Shown here: piece by piece, positions 61,955-64,000 of the stretch | Layout: each line of letters starts with the position of its first letter | Numbering within the stretch: position 1 is the first letter of the stretch | Source: Entomortierella parvispora E1425 | Lineage: Eukaryota > Fungi > Mortierellomycota | Direction of reading: 5' to 3' | DNA: 64,000 bases | Assembly: GCA_020891255.1 (NCBI GenBank) | Contig: BQFW01000008.1 | Span: 2,790,001 to 2,854,000 of the forward strand | The notes under the pieces: generated by a model | Database searches by the model: none | What the model was told of the DNA's origin: nothing | The model's input: the letters and a program-made list of their open reading frames with translations, nothing else | Program-made: the position numbers and the translations under genes

Positions 61955-62813
61955 TGTCGATGGAATCGATGGGTGATGATAGAGGGATGGATGGTTGGGT
62001 CGATGGTATCGATGGGTCGGATGGTCGTTCTCCTGGGTAGGCTTCCTGGCCGTGTAAAGATGTCGAAGGTCCTTAGTGACTGCTATCCTCCTGGCTGGCT
62101 TTGAAAAGACTCTCGGCCTATATCACCGACCATGATGTTTGATCAAAAGAGGGCGTGCAATCAACGCGCACAGAACCAGGATTTATTGGTGGGCAGCCAA
62201 AACCTTGTCTGTCTTACCCTTAAGAAGAAATCTCATCCTTGCCATGGAAACCCCTTCTGCCCTCTGTTCGCTACCCTCCTACTCGTTCACTTCCCCTCTC
62301 CCTCTCTTCTTTTAAAACATGCCAACATTTATTAACACACATGGACGACGGGAATAGCAACACAATATCGGGAAATCTGGGAGCGGCATTTTGACCCCAA
62401 CTCATGGAATAAAAGAGAGTGTTGTCACACCTCCCTTACAACCCTTTGCATCTGATCCGAGAAGGTCGATAACCAACTGTACGAAACAGCCCTTCAAAAA
62501 AAAACTAATGGCGGTCCGCTGAAAATGATGCCCGCTTATTAGTATATGTGATTTTTAACAGCAACAGCAAGAATTGCTTGAGTTGGTTCGTCACCTTGAT
62601 GCATTTGACTGTTTTTTTCCCCCCTCTTGAAGCACTCTAAAAGCACTCAAACAGCAATGAGCATCAATAAAGCAGGATCAGTTTTAGAAGCATCCTCAGA
62701 AAAGAAGGCTAGGGCAAAGGGGATCGGACTCGGTGGACGAACTAAGAGACGAGAAACAATTACGTGAATAACATCGAGGAATCTGCACAGTCTCGGGCCA
62801 CGGGCATACACGT

Positions 62814-63463
62814 TTATGCTGAATTGAGATCAGAGATGAGTTCTGCTAGTTTGTGTCTGCTATTTCCAAAGAACTGGCCAACCTTAGACCCCTTGTTAAA
62901 GGCCTGGAAAGAGGGTGCGGTTCGAACACCGACAGTCTCGCTGACCTGCGGGAGCAATTCCAGGTCAACAGTCAAGAAATCGATATCGGGGTGTTCGTTT
63001 GAGAGCGCGTCCAGGGCACTGGAGATATTGCGGTGAACCTCTCTATTCCGGAAATTGAGTTGAAGTTGATTAGAGGGTGCAAAGGAACTGGAAACTGAAA
63101 TGAGCTCGTTTTCGGCCACTTGCTGAAAGGGGATGCATGGCAAAGTACAGAGCCAACAGCCGTGCAACATTTTTTTGATTCCCACGCTTAGGATGAAAGA
63201 AGGGGTGTGGATTGAGTAATGGGAGAAGAGGCCGACCCTGAAGTTTCTGCACCTGGCTTCACCTCTTTCAGTGGCAATGATCTTCCTCAAACAAAACACT
63301 CTGCAGTCTTCTGAAAAAAAAAGATCTAAGGGTACTCAGCCATGCTAATTCTGCCAAGGAAGGGGACATACTCATTGCTGGAGTTGCTATATTCTACGAT
63401 AATCTTTCGATCGGATCGAATATATTCTAGGAACTCTTTCGGATCGACAATCGTCAGGATCAT
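62814..63463 (-). CDS. Thioredoxin-fold protein lacking CxxC, 106 aa, 2 exons (63463-63372, 63042-62814)
   Basis: 'DIDFLTVDLELLPQVSETVGVRTAPSFQAFNKGSKVGQFFG' is a typical Trx C-half with cis-Pro; a GTATGT..TAG intron gives a Trx-sized product. Confidence 0.65.
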
Positions 63464-64000
63464 TGTGACACTTCGGCTGCTTGGCTGAACTTGTGGGACG
63501 TCTAATGTACGGAACTCGAGTTGTTGGTGGAAAGGGCAACTATCTTGGGTCGAGATTTTGGCCAGGAGGTTGTGCGGAAACAGAGGGTAAGAAACCAAAA
63601 AGCAAAAAAGAAGGAAAGAAAGAAAGGAAAAACTTCCTTTGGGATTGTGTTGCCCCTGAATTGACAGGTGGCAGGAGAGAGCCAACAGCACAGCCACCCT
63701 TCTTTAATACCATTGTACAATAGGTGTTTTTCTCAAGATCACCCGAAGGGATTACAGTTTTACTCTCTCGGTGTAGTATCTGCCTATAACAAGCGCACGC
63801 ACATCATCTCACCCATTTGATATTTCGTGGTCGTAACTTTACCGGCCAATGTAAGGAAGAGGAGCCGTCTGAAAGGGACTTCGACATGGCTGAGATCCCA
63901 AAATTTTCAACCTTCGCAGCGCCTCACGAATCTATAGCTTTCGTTTGTCGGCTTGACAAGCCGAGACTTGACACAAGTGTGTGGATTGATGTCACGGTCT

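Overview
Intron-rich eukaryotic DNA, most consistent with a Mortierellaceae-type fungus (inferred from Arm-NACHT-pentapeptide-WD40 NLRs, RNI-like F-box expansions and short GT-AG introns with CTAAC branch points). Housekeeping-type genes: PXA-domain protein, ETR1, IKS1-like kinase, SHO1, CDKN3-like phosphatase, JIP5/WDR55, a P450, RPS24 and a thioredoxin-like gene. Accessory or defence-type genes: two NLRs plus an NLR pseudogene, four F-box/LRR genes plus a relic, two secreted ricin-B lectins among ABCC relics, and an IFI6/IFI27 (ISG12)-motif protein. Main discovery: the apparent 2.1-kb satellite at 27901-29990 is, on the minus strand, a tandem array of near-identical spliceosomal introns separated by 18 micro-exons (17 of 3 nt, one of 6 nt). 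With a signal-peptide exon at 30150-30089 and a 7-nt last exon, they splice without any stop into a 41-aa secreted peptide, at about one intron per codon, in an architecture that stays in frame under any exon skipping. Second finding: repeated GGTGGCAAA (yeast Rpn4/PACE-identical) motifs in the promoters of three paralogous F-box genes. All gene models were read by eye and have no transcript support.
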